Virus record (IMG/VR): IMGVR_UViG_3300015050_000672
Location: 1 to 44,398 of that record
Source: a virus
Taxonomy: Duplodnaviria; Caudoviricetes
Length of the DNA stretch: 44,398 nucleotides
Reading direction: 5' to 3' (one strand)
In this document: in pieces, positions 25,310 to 34,574 of the stretch
How positions within the stretch are numbered: position 1 is the stretch's first letter
Layout of the letters: each line of letters opens with the position of its first letter
Translations under genes and position numbers: made by a program
The notes under the pieces: model-generated
The model's database searches: none
Seen by the model: only the letters and a program-made list of their open reading frames with translations
What the model was told of the DNA's origin: nothing

Positions 25310-25972
25310 ATCGGAAATCTTTTCACTGACCTCTTTACCAACGATAACGAGGAACAGGCGGCCCGTGAGAAGGCGGATGGTCTGAGGGCCGGCGAAACCA
25401 AAGCCTATGGTGCACTTGACGCGGGGTACAGTACCGCCTCCGGCCTCTACGACCAGGCGCGGGTGCCGTTCTCTGAGCTATATGCCAAGGGTAGCAAGGG
25501 CTACGACACGTATTTGGACGCAACGGGCGTCAATGGCGCGGAGGGAATTTCGCGCGCTGGCGAGCTTTACAAGCTCATGCCGGGCTATTCTGCAGGGCAG
25601 ACGAGCGGGCTTGATTTGCTGGAGCGCAGGGCTGCGGCAAGGGGCGATCTTGGCGGTGGTAACACCTCGGCGGATACGATCAAGTTTGCGAGCGATTACG
25701 ACTCTGGGAAGTACAAGGATTTCCTCTCGGCGCTATCTGGCAATGCCGGGGTAGCAACAACGGCGGCGGCTGGAGAGGGCGGGCTGTATAGCTCGCAGGC
25801 CAGTCTTGCCGGAAGTGTGGGTTCCGAGAAGGCCAAGTATGGCTATGGCACGGAAACCGGCATCGGCAACGCCAACGCCGACGCCACGATGGCAAATGAG
25901 AAATCCAGCCAGAACTTCTGGGGCGCTCTCTTGGGTGGGGCCAAGCTCGCAACTTCCTTCTTTGGAGCGTAG
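25310..25972 (+). CDS. DNA ejection protein (P22 gp7 position), apparent ATC start
   Basis: AGGAGG-N5-ATC GGA AAT CTT TTC is in frame with ORF 25463..25972; Gly/Ala-rich, PGY...AAARG..GG motif. Confidence 0.7.
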   Translation: MGNLFTDLFTNDNEEQAAREKADGLRAGETKAYGALDAGYSTASGLYDQARVPFSELYAKGSKGYDTYLDATGVNGAEGISRAGELYKLMPGYSAGQTSGLDLLERRAAARGDLGGGNTSADTIKFASDYDSGKYKDFLSALSGNAGVATTAAAGEGGLYSSQASLAGSVGSEKAKYGYGTETGIGNANADATMANEKSSQNFWGALLGGAKLATSFFGA

Positions 25973-25975
25973 CTG

Positions 25976-26941
25976 ATGGCAGACGGTCAGGTCGATTTCT
26001 ACAACATGCTTTCTGGCCTGGGGGACACGATCGCGGCCAAGCGCAAGGAGGCCATGCGTCAAGAAGCGCTTTCCGGCGCAATTGGGCCTGATGGCGCTGT
26101 TGATTTCCAGAAGGCGATCCTCGGGTTTAGCAAGATAGGCGATTTGGAGAGCGCCGCGCGCATTGCCCAGATGGCGGGACAGGGCGAGGATAGAAGGTTC
26201 CGGCAGCAAGAGGCAGTTCGATCACAGAGTAACGCTGATCGAACCTTCGGGCTTCAAGAGCGCAATTTTAATCGAAGGGAAGAACCGGAAAACGTTCGGG
26301 CCGTGCGAGCGGCGGGGATCGACCCGACTTCTCCCGAAGGCCGCAAGACGCTATTTCCGAAGACGGATACGCCGATTTCAGCGGCCGACAAAAAGGCGGT
26401 CATGTCCGCCGAAGACGACCTCCCGAATATTGAAGGAACGATCGACGCCCTGAAGGTGGCGAAGGAATTGAACAGCAAGACGTTCACCGGAATAACTGCG
26501 GGTATCCGCGGCAAGATCGGCACGTCCGGCGTTCCGGGCGCAAACATGCTCGTTGATAAAGACGCCTCGATGGCGACCAGAGAGTGGGGGTCCGTCATGT
26601 CGGCAGAAGCCATCAAGACGATGGCTGACACCCTCAAGGGCGCCACAACCGACTTCGAACTCAAGAAATTTGAGGCGATGCTTGCAGATCCATCAACGCC
26701 GCCCGAAATTCGCGGACGCGTAATTGATCGGATGATGAACCTTGCCGAGAAGCAAAGGGTCATCAAATCCAGGCGTGTCGACGAACTCCGCACGGGAACA
26801 TACTTCAAGCCACAAGGCGGAGCAGGAACATCATACCCGCCGGCCGCGGTTCAGGCGCTCAAATCAGACCCTAACCTTCGCGATCAGTTCGATGCAAAAT
26901 ATGGTGCCGGCGCTGCCATGCGCGCGTTGAGCGGCCGGTAA
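25976..26941 (+). CDS. DNA ejection protein (second internal virion protein)
   Basis: Helical composition, LKGATTDFE motif, position. Confidence 0.65.
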   Translation: MADGQVDFYNMLSGLGDTIAAKRKEAMRQEALSGAIGPDGAVDFQKAILGFSKIGDLESAARIAQMAGQGEDRRFRQQEAVRSQSNADRTFGLQERNFNRREEPENVRAVRAAGIDPTSPEGRKTLFPKTDTPISAADKKAVMSAEDDLPNIEGTIDALKVAKELNSKTFTGITAGIRGKIGTSGVPGANMLVDKDASMATREWGSVMSAEAIKTMADTLKGATTDFELKKFEAMLADPSTPPEIRGRVIDRMMNLAEKQRVIKSRRVDELRTGTYFKPQGGAGTSYPPAAVQALKSDPNLRDQFDAKYGAGAAMRALSGR

Positions 26942-29010
26942 TGGCGAATTTTTTCGACCAGTTCGACAGCGAGGTGGTCGGTCCAGATTACGGCAGGGCC
27001 ATATCGTCCATTGAGAGTGGCGGCAACTACAAGGCTATTGGGCCGCCGACAAAGACGGGCGACCGCGCGCTAGGCAAATATCAGGTCATGGGCAACAATG
27101 TCGGCCCTTGGTCTGAGGAAGTGCTTGGCCGTAGGGTTACTCCACAGGAGTTCATCCAGAACCCCGAGATCCAGGACGCCGTCTTCAAGGGCAAATTCGG
27201 CCAGTACGCCGAGAAGTACGGCCCCGAGGGGGCGGCTAAGGCGTGGTTCGCGGGCGAAGGCGGTATGAACAACCCGAACGCCAAGGATGTGTTAGGCACC
27301 ACCGTTTCCAGCTATGCCGCCAAGTTCAACAAGGCGCTTGGCTATGCGCCGGAAGAAAAGCGTTCGACCGACGTAAGTGCGCAGGCGAAGCCGAAAGAGA
27401 ACTTCTTCGATCAGTTTGATACAGCCCCGCAAACCGATGCGCCGCAGCCAGCAGACCCGATGATTGCCGCTCGTGATGAGTTGGCCAAGGGCCTGAAGGC
27501 AGGCAAGAGCGGAGATCTGGATACATACCGAGCCGCGGCCTTCCGTACTAATCAGGGCGTTCCCGCAGCCGGTCCGACAGACGCGGCTATGAGTGGCGCG
27601 ACTGGTGGCTTTGCAGATGAAGCGAGCGCCGCCGCCCGTGCGCCGATCGACATGTTAACCCGCGGCGAGGGCTTCGATGAGGCGTATCAGCACAATCTAG
27701 CAGCTGAGCGCGATCGTCTCGCGCAGTATCAGAAAGCAAGCCCTATCGCATCAACTGCCGCAGAAGTGGCTGGCAGCCTCGCCATGCCGCTTGGCAAGGC
27801 CGGGGCGATCAGGACAGGGCTAGCGCAGGGAGCGCTATATGGCGCTGGCAACAGTGAGGGCGATGTAGCCCAGCGCGCGGCAGATGCGGCGGTTGGCGGC
27901 GTTGCCAGCGGGGCGCTCGGCGGCGTCGTTGCCGGCATTGGCCGTGCGGTTGGAAGGAAGGCGCCGTCCGCGACACCATCGATTCAAGAACTGAAGGACG
28001 CGGCTTCAAGGGGCTACCAGAGCGAGGCGATCAAGGGCCTGGAGATAGACCCGAAAGCCGCCTCTGAAATTGCCACCAGCATTCGTGTTAAGCTTGATGC
28101 GGATGGCTTTGATGATGTCGTCGCGTCCAAGGCTCACGCTATTCTAAAGAAGCTTGAGACGCGGCCAGATGGTGGTATTGTTACAGGCCAGAACCTCCAT
28201 TCGTTCCAGAAGACGCTAGGCAAAGCTGCTGGGTCGCTTGACCCGCAGGAGAAGGCGGCCGCGTCGATCGCGCTGTCTGAGTTGAACAAACGCCTAGAAG
28301 CAATTGATCCTTCCCAGGTGATCCGGGGTAGCGCAGACGATTTTTCGCGCACTATGAAGGAAGCGAATGCGAACTATAACGCCGCATCGCAGACTGCAAA
28401 GATCGACAAGAAGACAGTTGACGCCACGATAAGGGCCGGGGCTGCAAATTCTGGCATGAATGCCGGTAACACAATTCGCCAGCGCATGGCCGATGTTGCA
28501 ATTAGGCCCGCAGAGCAGCGCGGACTAAGACCAGAAGAGGTCGAAACTGCCAAGCGTATCGCTATGGGTAACCGCACGGAAAACGCCCTTCGCAAAGGCG
28601 GTAACGCCTTGGGCGGCGGCGGCGGCATTGGAACGCTTGCCGCGGCCGCGGCGGGCATGGGGGCGGCGGGCGCCTACACTCAAGACCCCGGTAGTGCGTT
28701 CGCCGGCCTAGCTCTTCCCGCTCTAGGACTCGCGATGCGTGGCATGGGCAACCGCATGACCATGAAGCAAGCCGAGAAGCTTTCTGAGGCGATCCGCAAA
28801 CGTGCGCCACTGGCTAGCGCCACGACAAAATTTGAAGAAAAAGTGGCTCAATTCCAGCAACAGCGAAACGCAAAAAATGGCGTGGCGGCGGCTCTAGCGG
28901 CCCGCAATCTTGCGACCAACCTTCGGGGCTCTGGTTTCAACGTCTCTGTGTCGGACCTGATGAGGTCGCTTGAGGGACCAGTAGCAAGCCGCGCCGAGGA
29001 TCAGCCATAA
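26941..29010 (+). CDS. Large DNA ejection protein with N-terminal lytic transglycosylase/lysozyme-like domain
   Basis: AISSIESGGNY...ALGKYQVM...AWFAG, then Ala/Gly-rich helical and membrane-like segments. Confidence 0.8.
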   Translation: MANFFDQFDSEVVGPDYGRAISSIESGGNYKAIGPPTKTGDRALGKYQVMGNNVGPWSEEVLGRRVTPQEFIQNPEIQDAVFKGKFGQYAEKYGPEGAAKAWFAGEGGMNNPNAKDVLGTTVSSYAAKFNKALGYAPEEKRSTDVSAQAKPKENFFDQFDTAPQTDAPQPADPMIAARDELAKGLKAGKSGDLDTYRAAAFRTNQGVPAAGPTDAAMSGATGGFADEASAAARAPIDMLTRGEGFDEAYQHNLAAERDRLAQYQKASPIASTAAEVAGSLAMPLGKAGAIRTGLAQGALYGAGNSEGDVAQRAADAAVGGVASGALGGVVAGIGRAVGRKAPSATPSIQELKDAASRGYQSEAIKGLEIDPKAASEIATSIRVKLDADGFDDVVASKAHAILKKLETRPDGGIVTGQNLHSFQKTLGKAAGSLDPQEKAAASIALSELNKRLEAIDPSQVIRGSADDFSRTMKEANANYNAASQTAKIDKKTVDATIRAGAANSGMNAGNTIRQRMADVAIRPAEQRGLRPEEVETAKRIAMGNRTENALRKGGNALGGGGGIGTLAAAAAGMGAAGAYTQDPGSAFAGLALPALGLAMRGMGNRMTMKQAEKLSEAIRKRAPLASATTKFEEKVAQFQQQRNAKNGVAAALAARNLATNLRGSGFNVSVSDLMRSLEGPVASRAEDQP

Positions 29011-29059
29011 GTTAACGGGCCACCAGGCCAACAACATCACCAGTACGCAATAGACCAGC

Positions 29060-29082
29060 AGCGCCCTCCGGGGCGCTTTTTT
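29060..29082 (+). terminator. Intrinsic terminator
   Basis: AGCGCCC-TCCG-GGGCGCT followed by a T run. Confidence 0.82.
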
Positions 29083-29097
29083 ATTGAGGAATTCCGA

Positions 29098-29565
29098 ATG
29101 TTGACCCATGAGCGGCTTTTACAGGCTCTCTCTTACAACGCGGGGACAGGCGTTTTTGTCAGTCGATCGACAGGAAAGCGCGTAGGCGCCGGGTCGTCTG
29201 ATTATGGCACAATTCGGATTGATGGGAAAACCTATAAATCCCACCGGCTGGCGTGGTTTTACGTCACCGGGGCATGGCCGGCTGTCGAGATTGACCATCG
29301 GGATTTGGACAAATCCAACAACCGTTTTTCGAATCTTAGGAACGCTTCGGCGTCCTTAAACAAGCGCAACAGTCCGACCTATCGCAATAACAAGGCCGGC
29401 CTGAAGGGCGTCTGCCTCAATAAGCGAGGCGGCACATATCGCGCGCAAATCTCAATCAACGGCTCAACAAAGCGGATTAGGTCCTTCCGGACAGCGGAAG
29501 AGGCCCACGCCGCGTACGTCTTGGAAGCCGCCCGGTTATTCGGTGAATTCGCGAGGGCTGCATAA
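29098..29565 (+). CDS. HNH-AP2 homing endonuclease
   Basis: SHRLAWFY...IDHRDLDKSNNRFSNLR...GLKGV...AEEAHAAY. Confidence 0.9.
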   Translation: MLTHERLLQALSYNAGTGVFVSRSTGKRVGAGSSDYGTIRIDGKTYKSHRLAWFYVTGAWPAVEIDHRDLDKSNNRFSNLRNASASLNKRNSPTYRNNKAGLKGVCLNKRGGTYRAQISINGSTKRIRSFRTAEEAHAAYVLEAARLFGEFARAA

Positions 29566-30539
29566 TGGCCGGGTCGATTTCCCTTTCGCTATCACAGCAA
29601 TTCGATGAATTGGGAGAGCCTCTTAACGGCGGCTTGCTGTATTTTTTCGCCGCTGGGACAACCACGCCGCAATCTGCCTATCAGGATACAGCCCTTACTC
29701 TTCCGTGGCCGAACCCCATCGTTTTGGACTCTGCCGGCCGAATTCCACCGTTCTACCTCGCGGACGGCCAGATCAAGATCAGGCTCGCCAACTCAGCGGG
29801 CGTTACACAGGTAGCGGCGGATAACCTTCTTGTCGTCGGAGCCTCGTCCGGCAGCGGTTCGCCACCGTCTGTTGACGCGACAACGATCTTTGATACTGGC
29901 GATCTCAAGGTAAAATACGGCACCGGGTCGCTGACTGGCTTTGTCCGAGCAAACGGGCGCACAATTGGTTCCGCTACGTCTGGAGGCTCTGAGCGGGCGA
30001 ACGCCGACTGCCAGGAGCTGTTCGAATTTCTCTGGGGCGTGGACGCGAACCTTTCGGTTTCGACCGGCCGCGGTGCCTCTGCGAATGCGGATTGGGTAGC
30101 CAACAAGAATATTGCGCTCCCTGATTGGCGCGGTCGTGTCATTGCCGGCCTGGATGACATGGGCAACAGCGCGGCGGGGCGGCTGACATCAACATATTTA
30201 GGCACTGCCGCAACCGCGCTTGGCGCCGCCGGTGGTGAGGAAAGCAACAACGTAATCCTAACGCATACGCATACTGCGGATGCGGTTGCTGACCATCGGC
30301 ATTTCACTGTTGCCGCCAACACCGGAAACACAACGCTATCGCTTTTGAACAGGCTTGCGCGGTTCTTCAACGACGGTAGCAACAACTCCTACAGCCTCAG
30401 TGGCCACTCCGACGACGCTAGCATTGGTCTTACATCTGATGGCGGTGGCCATACCCCTACCATCCAAAATGCTGGGTCTGCTTCCGCGCACAAATTAATC
30501 CAGCCGACTATGCTGGCAACTATCTACCTCAAGCTGTGA
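29565..30539 (+). CDS. Tail fibre with head-binding and collar-like domains
   Basis: GEPLNGGLLYFFAAGTT...NPIVLDSAGR; LPDWRGRVIAGLDDMG; HTH...IQPT. Confidence 0.8.
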   Translation: MAGSISLSLSQQFDELGEPLNGGLLYFFAAGTTTPQSAYQDTALTLPWPNPIVLDSAGRIPPFYLADGQIKIRLANSAGVTQVAADNLLVVGASSGSGSPPSVDATTIFDTGDLKVKYGTGSLTGFVRANGRTIGSATSGGSERANADCQELFEFLWGVDANLSVSTGRGASANADWVANKNIALPDWRGRVIAGLDDMGNSAAGRLTSTYLGTAATALGAAGGEESNNVILTHTHTADAVADHRHFTVAANTGNTTLSLLNRLARFFNDGSNNSYSLSGHSDDASIGLTSDGGGHTPTIQNAGSASAHKLIQPTMLATIYLKL

Positions 30540-30548
30540 GGCCCTGAA

Positions 30549-30893
30549 ATGTACACAGGATCTCTCGCAGCGGTTTCCACTCAGGAAGACTGGATCGCAA
30601 CCAGTCCGCTCATTGACGATGATGGCGATGAAGTCACCCTGACCGATGCGACTTTTGAGTTGTACGTCTGTAAGCAAAACGACTCTCGCAATGCGGTACT
30701 GACGGCCACCAATGCAAACGGGAAAATCACGCTGCCGAGCGCGACGACTTTTAAATGGTGGTTCACGCCGGAAGATATGAACGATCTTTGTGCAGGAACT
30801 TACGACGTATTCTTGCGGGTGACGATTGACGACGTGGTAACGCAGATCATGGCCGCTACCGTTCCGATTGTTGAGGGCGGCCCCAACTCATGA
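30549..30893 (+). CDS. Tail fibre adaptor (Ig-like) protein
   Basis: Beta-rich, LCAGTYDV motif; lies between fibre genes. Confidence 0.55.
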   Translation: MYTGSLAAVSTQEDWIATSPLIDDDGDEVTLTDATFELYVCKQNDSRNAVLTATNANGKITLPSATTFKWWFTPEDMNDLCAGTYDVFLRVTIDDVVTQIMAATVPIVEGGPNS

Positions 30894-31900
30894 GCCAATC
30901 TTACCGACTACGCATCTCTCGCAACGCCCTTAAGCTCAAGGTTGCGGCGCGCATCCCTGCGCAGTTGGTGGCGGGGACTGGCGTTACGATCACCAAAGCG
31001 AATGGCGTCTATACCTTTGACCTGGACGAAACCGAGATCGAGGATATCGCGACCGCGGCGGCGGCTGCACAGGTAGCTGCATCGGTTGGCGTTGATACAC
31101 AGGCGTATGATGCCGATCTAGCAGCCCTTGCAGCCAATTCTACCAGCGGATTGTGGGCTCGCACTGGCGCCGGCACTGGTTCGGCACGGACGATAACGGG
31201 CACAGCCAACGAAATCACGGTAACGAACGGGAGCGGTGCCTCGGGCAATCCGACGCTTTCGATCCCTTCGGCCGTGACGCTGACCGGCAAGACCATGACC
31301 GGCGGAACTTTTGCCAGCCCGGCACTGACCACGCCGACCATCTCGACAATTTCAAATACCGGAACGCTGACCCTCCCAACCAGCACAGATACTCTTGTTG
31401 GGAGAAACACGACTGACACGCTAACGAATAAGACGCTGACGTCTCCGACGGTAAACTCACCGACGTTAACCGCGCCGATCCTTGGAACGCCCGCGTCCGG
31501 CAATTTGGTGAACTGCACCGGGTATCTCCAGGGGACGTATAGCAACTCCCTCAGCGGAGACGTAAGTCTAAACAATACCGCCAACTATTTCGATGGTCCG
31601 AGCGTCGCGCAGGGCACAAGCGGCAAGTGGTATGTATCCGGTACGGTGACCCTTAACGACGCCAGCACGGCCGTTTTTTACGCCAAACTTTGGGACGGCA
31701 CTACCGTCATCGCCAGCGGGCTCGCTGTGAGCCTTAGCACTCAAACGCTAGCAACGATTTCTCTGAGCGGCGTCATCACTAGCCCCGCTGGAAATCTTCG
31801 GATTAGCGTTCGGGACACGACGACCACAGCCGGTCTTATAAAGTTCAACACGACAGGCAACTCCAAGGACAGCACGATAACTGCCGTTCAAATCGGCTAG
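30890..31900 (+). CDS. Tail fibre protein
   Basis: Thr/Gly/Ser-rich; QAYDADL, TDTLTNKTLTSP and LGTPASG motifs typical of fibres. Confidence 0.75.
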   Translation: MSQSYRLRISRNALKLKVAARIPAQLVAGTGVTITKANGVYTFDLDETEIEDIATAAAAAQVAASVGVDTQAYDADLAALAANSTSGLWARTGAGTGSARTITGTANEITVTNGSGASGNPTLSIPSAVTLTGKTMTGGTFASPALTTPTISTISNTGTLTLPTSTDTLVGRNTTDTLTNKTLTSPTVNSPTLTAPILGTPASGNLVNCTGYLQGTYSNSLSGDVSLNNTANYFDGPSVAQGTSGKWYVSGTVTLNDASTAVFYAKLWDGTTVIASGLAVSLSTQTLATISLSGVITSPAGNLRISVRDTTTTAGLIKFNTTGNSKDSTITAVQIG

Positions 31901-31989
31901 CCCGGCGCGATCATCATTACCCAGAGCGCGCCCCACAACATCGCCATGACGAAAATAACGACTGCGGCGAACTTTATGCCGTCCATCAT
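31897..31989 (-). CDS. Antisense 30-aa hydrophobic peptide
   Basis: MMDGIKFAAVVIFVMAMLWGALWVMMIAPG fills the gap between fibre and endolysin. Confidence 0.4.
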   Translation of the reverse strand: MMDGIKFAAVVIFVMAMLWGALWVMMIAPG

Positions 31990-32028
31990 GGGCGGAATCT
32001 AAACATACAACCAGACAGCGAGCAAGAC

Positions 32029-32490
32029 ATGAACGCATGGCCCACACAGGCCGAGTGCCGCCGGTTCTATGGCGCTCCTGGAACTAACCAGACCATCCTG
32101 ACGCTACCCTACGACATGACCTACGACGGCAAGCTCGTTAAGCGCATGACCATCAATAAGAAATGCGCAGACAGCGCCTTCCGCGCGCTCACCAAGATTG
32201 CCTCGGAGTACAGCGCCAGCGACCGAAAGTCGCTCGGGTTGTCGATCTTTGGTGGCTGCTACAACAACCGCGTGATGCGCGGCGGCACCCAGCTTTCCAT
32301 GCACGCATTCGCCTGCGCGATCGACTTCGACCCGAACCGCAACCAGTTGAAGTGGGGCAGGGACAAGGCCCGCCTTGCTCAGAAGGACTGCGAAGCATTC
32401 TGGAAAGCATGGGAGGCCGAGGGCTGGGTATCGCTCGGCCGCGCCCGCAACTTCGACTGGATGCATTGCCAAGCGGCGAGGCTCGGATGA
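32029..32490 (+). CDS. Endolysin, M15-family metallopeptidase
   Basis: GGCYNNR...SMHAFACAIDFD...DWMHCQ (SxHxxxxAxD...H zinc motif). Confidence 0.9.
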   Translation: MNAWPTQAECRRFYGAPGTNQTILTLPYDMTYDGKLVKRMTINKKCADSAFRALTKIASEYSASDRKSLGLSIFGGCYNNRVMRGGTQLSMHAFACAIDFDPNRNQLKWGRDKARLAQKDCEAFWKAWEAEGWVSLGRARNFDWMHCQAARLG

Positions 32491-32975
32491 GCGCCGTCTT
32501 AGCCTTCCGGTCCACCTTGAGAACATGCACGAAATGCAATGAAGCAAAACCTGAAACGGCTGAGCATTTCTACAGAAACCCGAAGTCGCGAAGCGGTCTG
32601 AGTACTGAGTGCAAAGCCTGCAAATCTGCCAGGATGAAGCCGGTCAACCGTCGATTTTATGACGCCAACCGCGAAGAGATATTGCTGAGAATATATCGCG
32701 GCAATGACGAGAGGTCCGGCAGGCTAACGGATATCGACGCGGGCTGGATGCGCGAGAACATTACGAATAGGCCGTGCTTCTATTGCGAAACGATAGACGC
32801 GCCGCGTGGCTGCGATCGTCTCGACAACGATCTCGGACATCTAAAAAACAACGTCGTTCCTTGCTGCAAGCTTTGCAACAAGACCCGGAATAATCATTTC
32901 TCGCCCGAAGAAATGAAGCGCATTGGGCGTGTCGTCGCTGATATTCGACGCGTCAGACAGGCGGCGCGCCTGTGA
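32487..32975 (+). CDS. HNH-like endonuclease inserted in the lysis cassette
   Basis: CTKC...CKAC...CFYC...GCDRLDNDLGHLKNNVVPCCKLCN. Confidence 0.8.
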   Translation: MSAVLAFRSTLRTCTKCNEAKPETAEHFYRNPKSRSGLSTECKACKSARMKPVNRRFYDANREEILLRIYRGNDERSGRLTDIDAGWMRENITNRPCFYCETIDAPRGCDRLDNDLGHLKNNVVPCCKLCNKTRNNHFSPEEMKRIGRVVADIRRVRQAARL

Positions 32976-33283
32976 GCCTCATTACCCAGCATCTTCACCT
33001 ATCCGACAAGGACACCGCCGAGCGTCTTTGTCGAATTGAATCCATGCTCGGTTCAATCAAGGAGTTAATTCGAATGTCGTTTGAAGACCTGAAAGTCGCT
33101 CTCGTAGCCGCCGATGCCAAGGCCGATGCCATCAAGGCAGACGTCGTTTTGCTGATGGAAAAGATTGCGGCGATCCCCGTTGCCGGCATGACCCCTGAGC
33201 AGGAAGCGGCGCTTGCCGAAGCCAAAACGCTTGCCGACGCGCTCAATGAAAAGCTTGGCGGCATCGACGCCCTTAACCCGTAA
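32972..33283 (+). CDS. Coiled-coil hypothetical protein
   Basis: Helical Ala-rich; an alternative start at 33074 has an AAGGAG SD. Confidence 0.55.
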   Translation: MSLITQHLHLSDKDTAERLCRIESMLGSIKELIRMSFEDLKVALVAADAKADAIKADVVLLMEKIAAIPVAGMTPEQEAALAEAKTLADALNEKLGGIDALNP

Positions 33284-33292
33284 GGAGATAAA

Positions 33293-33478
33293 ATGTCCAG
33301 CATCATGGATTGGTTTTCGTCGGCGAACTGGGGCGATATTTTGGGCGTAGGAGCGGCGTTTATGCTGTTCTTCGACCGGCTCGCCAAGCTGACGCCGACC
33401 GACTCTGACAATGCCATCGTCGCGACGCTTTACAAGGTGTTCTCGATCCTCGGCGTCAAAGTACCGGACATCAAGTAA
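33293..33478 (+). CDS. Putative holin
   Basis: Small hydrophobic protein with KLTPTDSDN motif; AAGGAG SD; inside the lysis cassette. Confidence 0.6.
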   Translation: MSSIMDWFSSANWGDILGVGAAFMLFFDRLAKLTPTDSDNAIVATLYKVFSILGVKVPDIK

Positions 33479-33691
33479 GTGTTCTCAATCGCAAGCGCGG
33501 TTGCTGCCTTCTTCGGTTTTCTTCGCGACCTTCTCAGTGGGAAGCGTCGCGAGGAAGACCGGCAGGCAGGACGCGATGAAGTCACCGCAAAGACAAACGA
33601 AAAAACACTGGAGACTAAAGATGCGATGGACAGCGTTGCTCGTCCTACCGATGACGCTGTTTCTGACAGCATGCGATCTGGAAAATTCTAA
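33479..33691 (+). CDS. Putative i-spanin (Rz-like)
   Basis: N-terminal hydrophobic anchor followed by a charged helical region; overlaps a lipoprotein gene. Confidence 0.55.
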   Translation: MFSIASAVAAFFGFLRDLLSGKRREEDRQAGRDEVTAKTNEKTLETKDAMDSVARPTDDAVSDSMRSGKF

Positions 33692-33959
33692 TATTGTTGT
33701 CCAGATCGTATGCCCGCGCATCAATGAATATGACGTGAAGACCCAGGATCGGGCCTTGGCGGAATATGCGGCGTTGCCAAAGGACTCGGTTCTTCGTCTG
33801 TTCATTGGCGACTACAAGCAATTGCGCGATCAAGTCAGGGTGTGCCGTGGAGAAAAGCTGGCCGAGGCCAGGCCGCCCATACCTGTTTCCCGGCCGGTGC
33901 TCGCCTTCAAGGACCGCTGGTTTGAGGGTGTGAAAGTCGCCGCGACGGCTTTTCGATGA
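33621..33959 (+). CDS. Putative o-spanin lipoprotein (Rz1-like)
   Basis: MRWTALLVLPMTLFLTAC lipobox; VCP...DY..LRDQVRVC; GGAG SD. Confidence 0.7.
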   Translation: MRWTALLVLPMTLFLTACDLENSNIVVQIVCPRINEYDVKTQDRALAEYAALPKDSVLRLFIGDYKQLRDQVRVCRGEKLAEARPPIPVSRPVLAFKDRWFEGVKVAATAFR

Positions 33960-34258
33960 CGGACGAAGAAATCAAGGCCGTCATCCACGGGGTATTGGCA
34001 GAGCAAAACCTGATCAGGGTCAGCACCATTGACGAAGACGAGACCGTCGTACTCAAGACCGTCGCGGCCATCCTGTCATCGTTCGGCATTGACGACGAGG
34101 ACCGTAAGGAAATCAGGGCCGATTTTGTCCACCTCCGGAAGTGGCGAAAGAGCGTTGAGCAGACACAGAGCTATGCCTTCAAGACCATCGTCACCGTGAT
34201 TGTCGGCGGGTTTCTCGGGGCCGTATGGATGGGCTTTAAAACCATGATGGGGAAATAG
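33956..34258 (+). CDS. Membrane protein (second holin/antiholin candidate)
   Basis: EIRADFVHLRKWRKS followed by a C-terminal TM helix. Confidence 0.6.
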   Translation: MTDEEIKAVIHGVLAEQNLIRVSTIDEDETVVLKTVAAILSSFGIDDEDRKEIRADFVHLRKWRKSVEQTQSYAFKTIVTVIVGGFLGAVWMGFKTMMGK

Positions 34259-34259
34259 A

Positions 34260-34574
34260 ATGAGGATTTTTGCTCTGCTATTCGCGCTGCTGTTCGCAAC
34301 GCCTACCTACGCCATGAACGATCTGGTCGGGCCGTTCTCCGAAGTCGTTGAAATGAGCCAAAAGCACGGAGTTGTAGTCGAGAAGATGAACGAAGCCGAT
34401 ACTGCAGCGATCGACGCCACTACCCCGCCAAGGCCGCAGCCGTCCGAGATTTACCTGCTGACGCTGGGGTCCTCGGTCATCCTCATACTGGTGAGGGGCG
34501 AAGAGGTGATCTTCTCAAGCAATCCGGTTGAGCTTGATCGGGTCAACAAGATTTTGGGCCGGACCAACTCGTGA
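34260..34574 (+). CDS. Secreted hypothetical protein
   Basis: Signal peptide MRIFALLFALLFATPTYA. Confidence 0.6.
   Translation: MRIFALLFALLFATPTYAMNDLVGPFSEVVEMSQKHGVVVEKMNEADTAAIDATTPPRPQPSEIYLLTLGSSVILILVRGEEVIFSSNPVELDRVNKILGRTNS

Noticed and set aside
32163-32486. N-terminal extension of the HNH ORF
   Set aside because: It overlaps the endolysin out of frame; the ATGA-coupled start at 32487 is more plausible.
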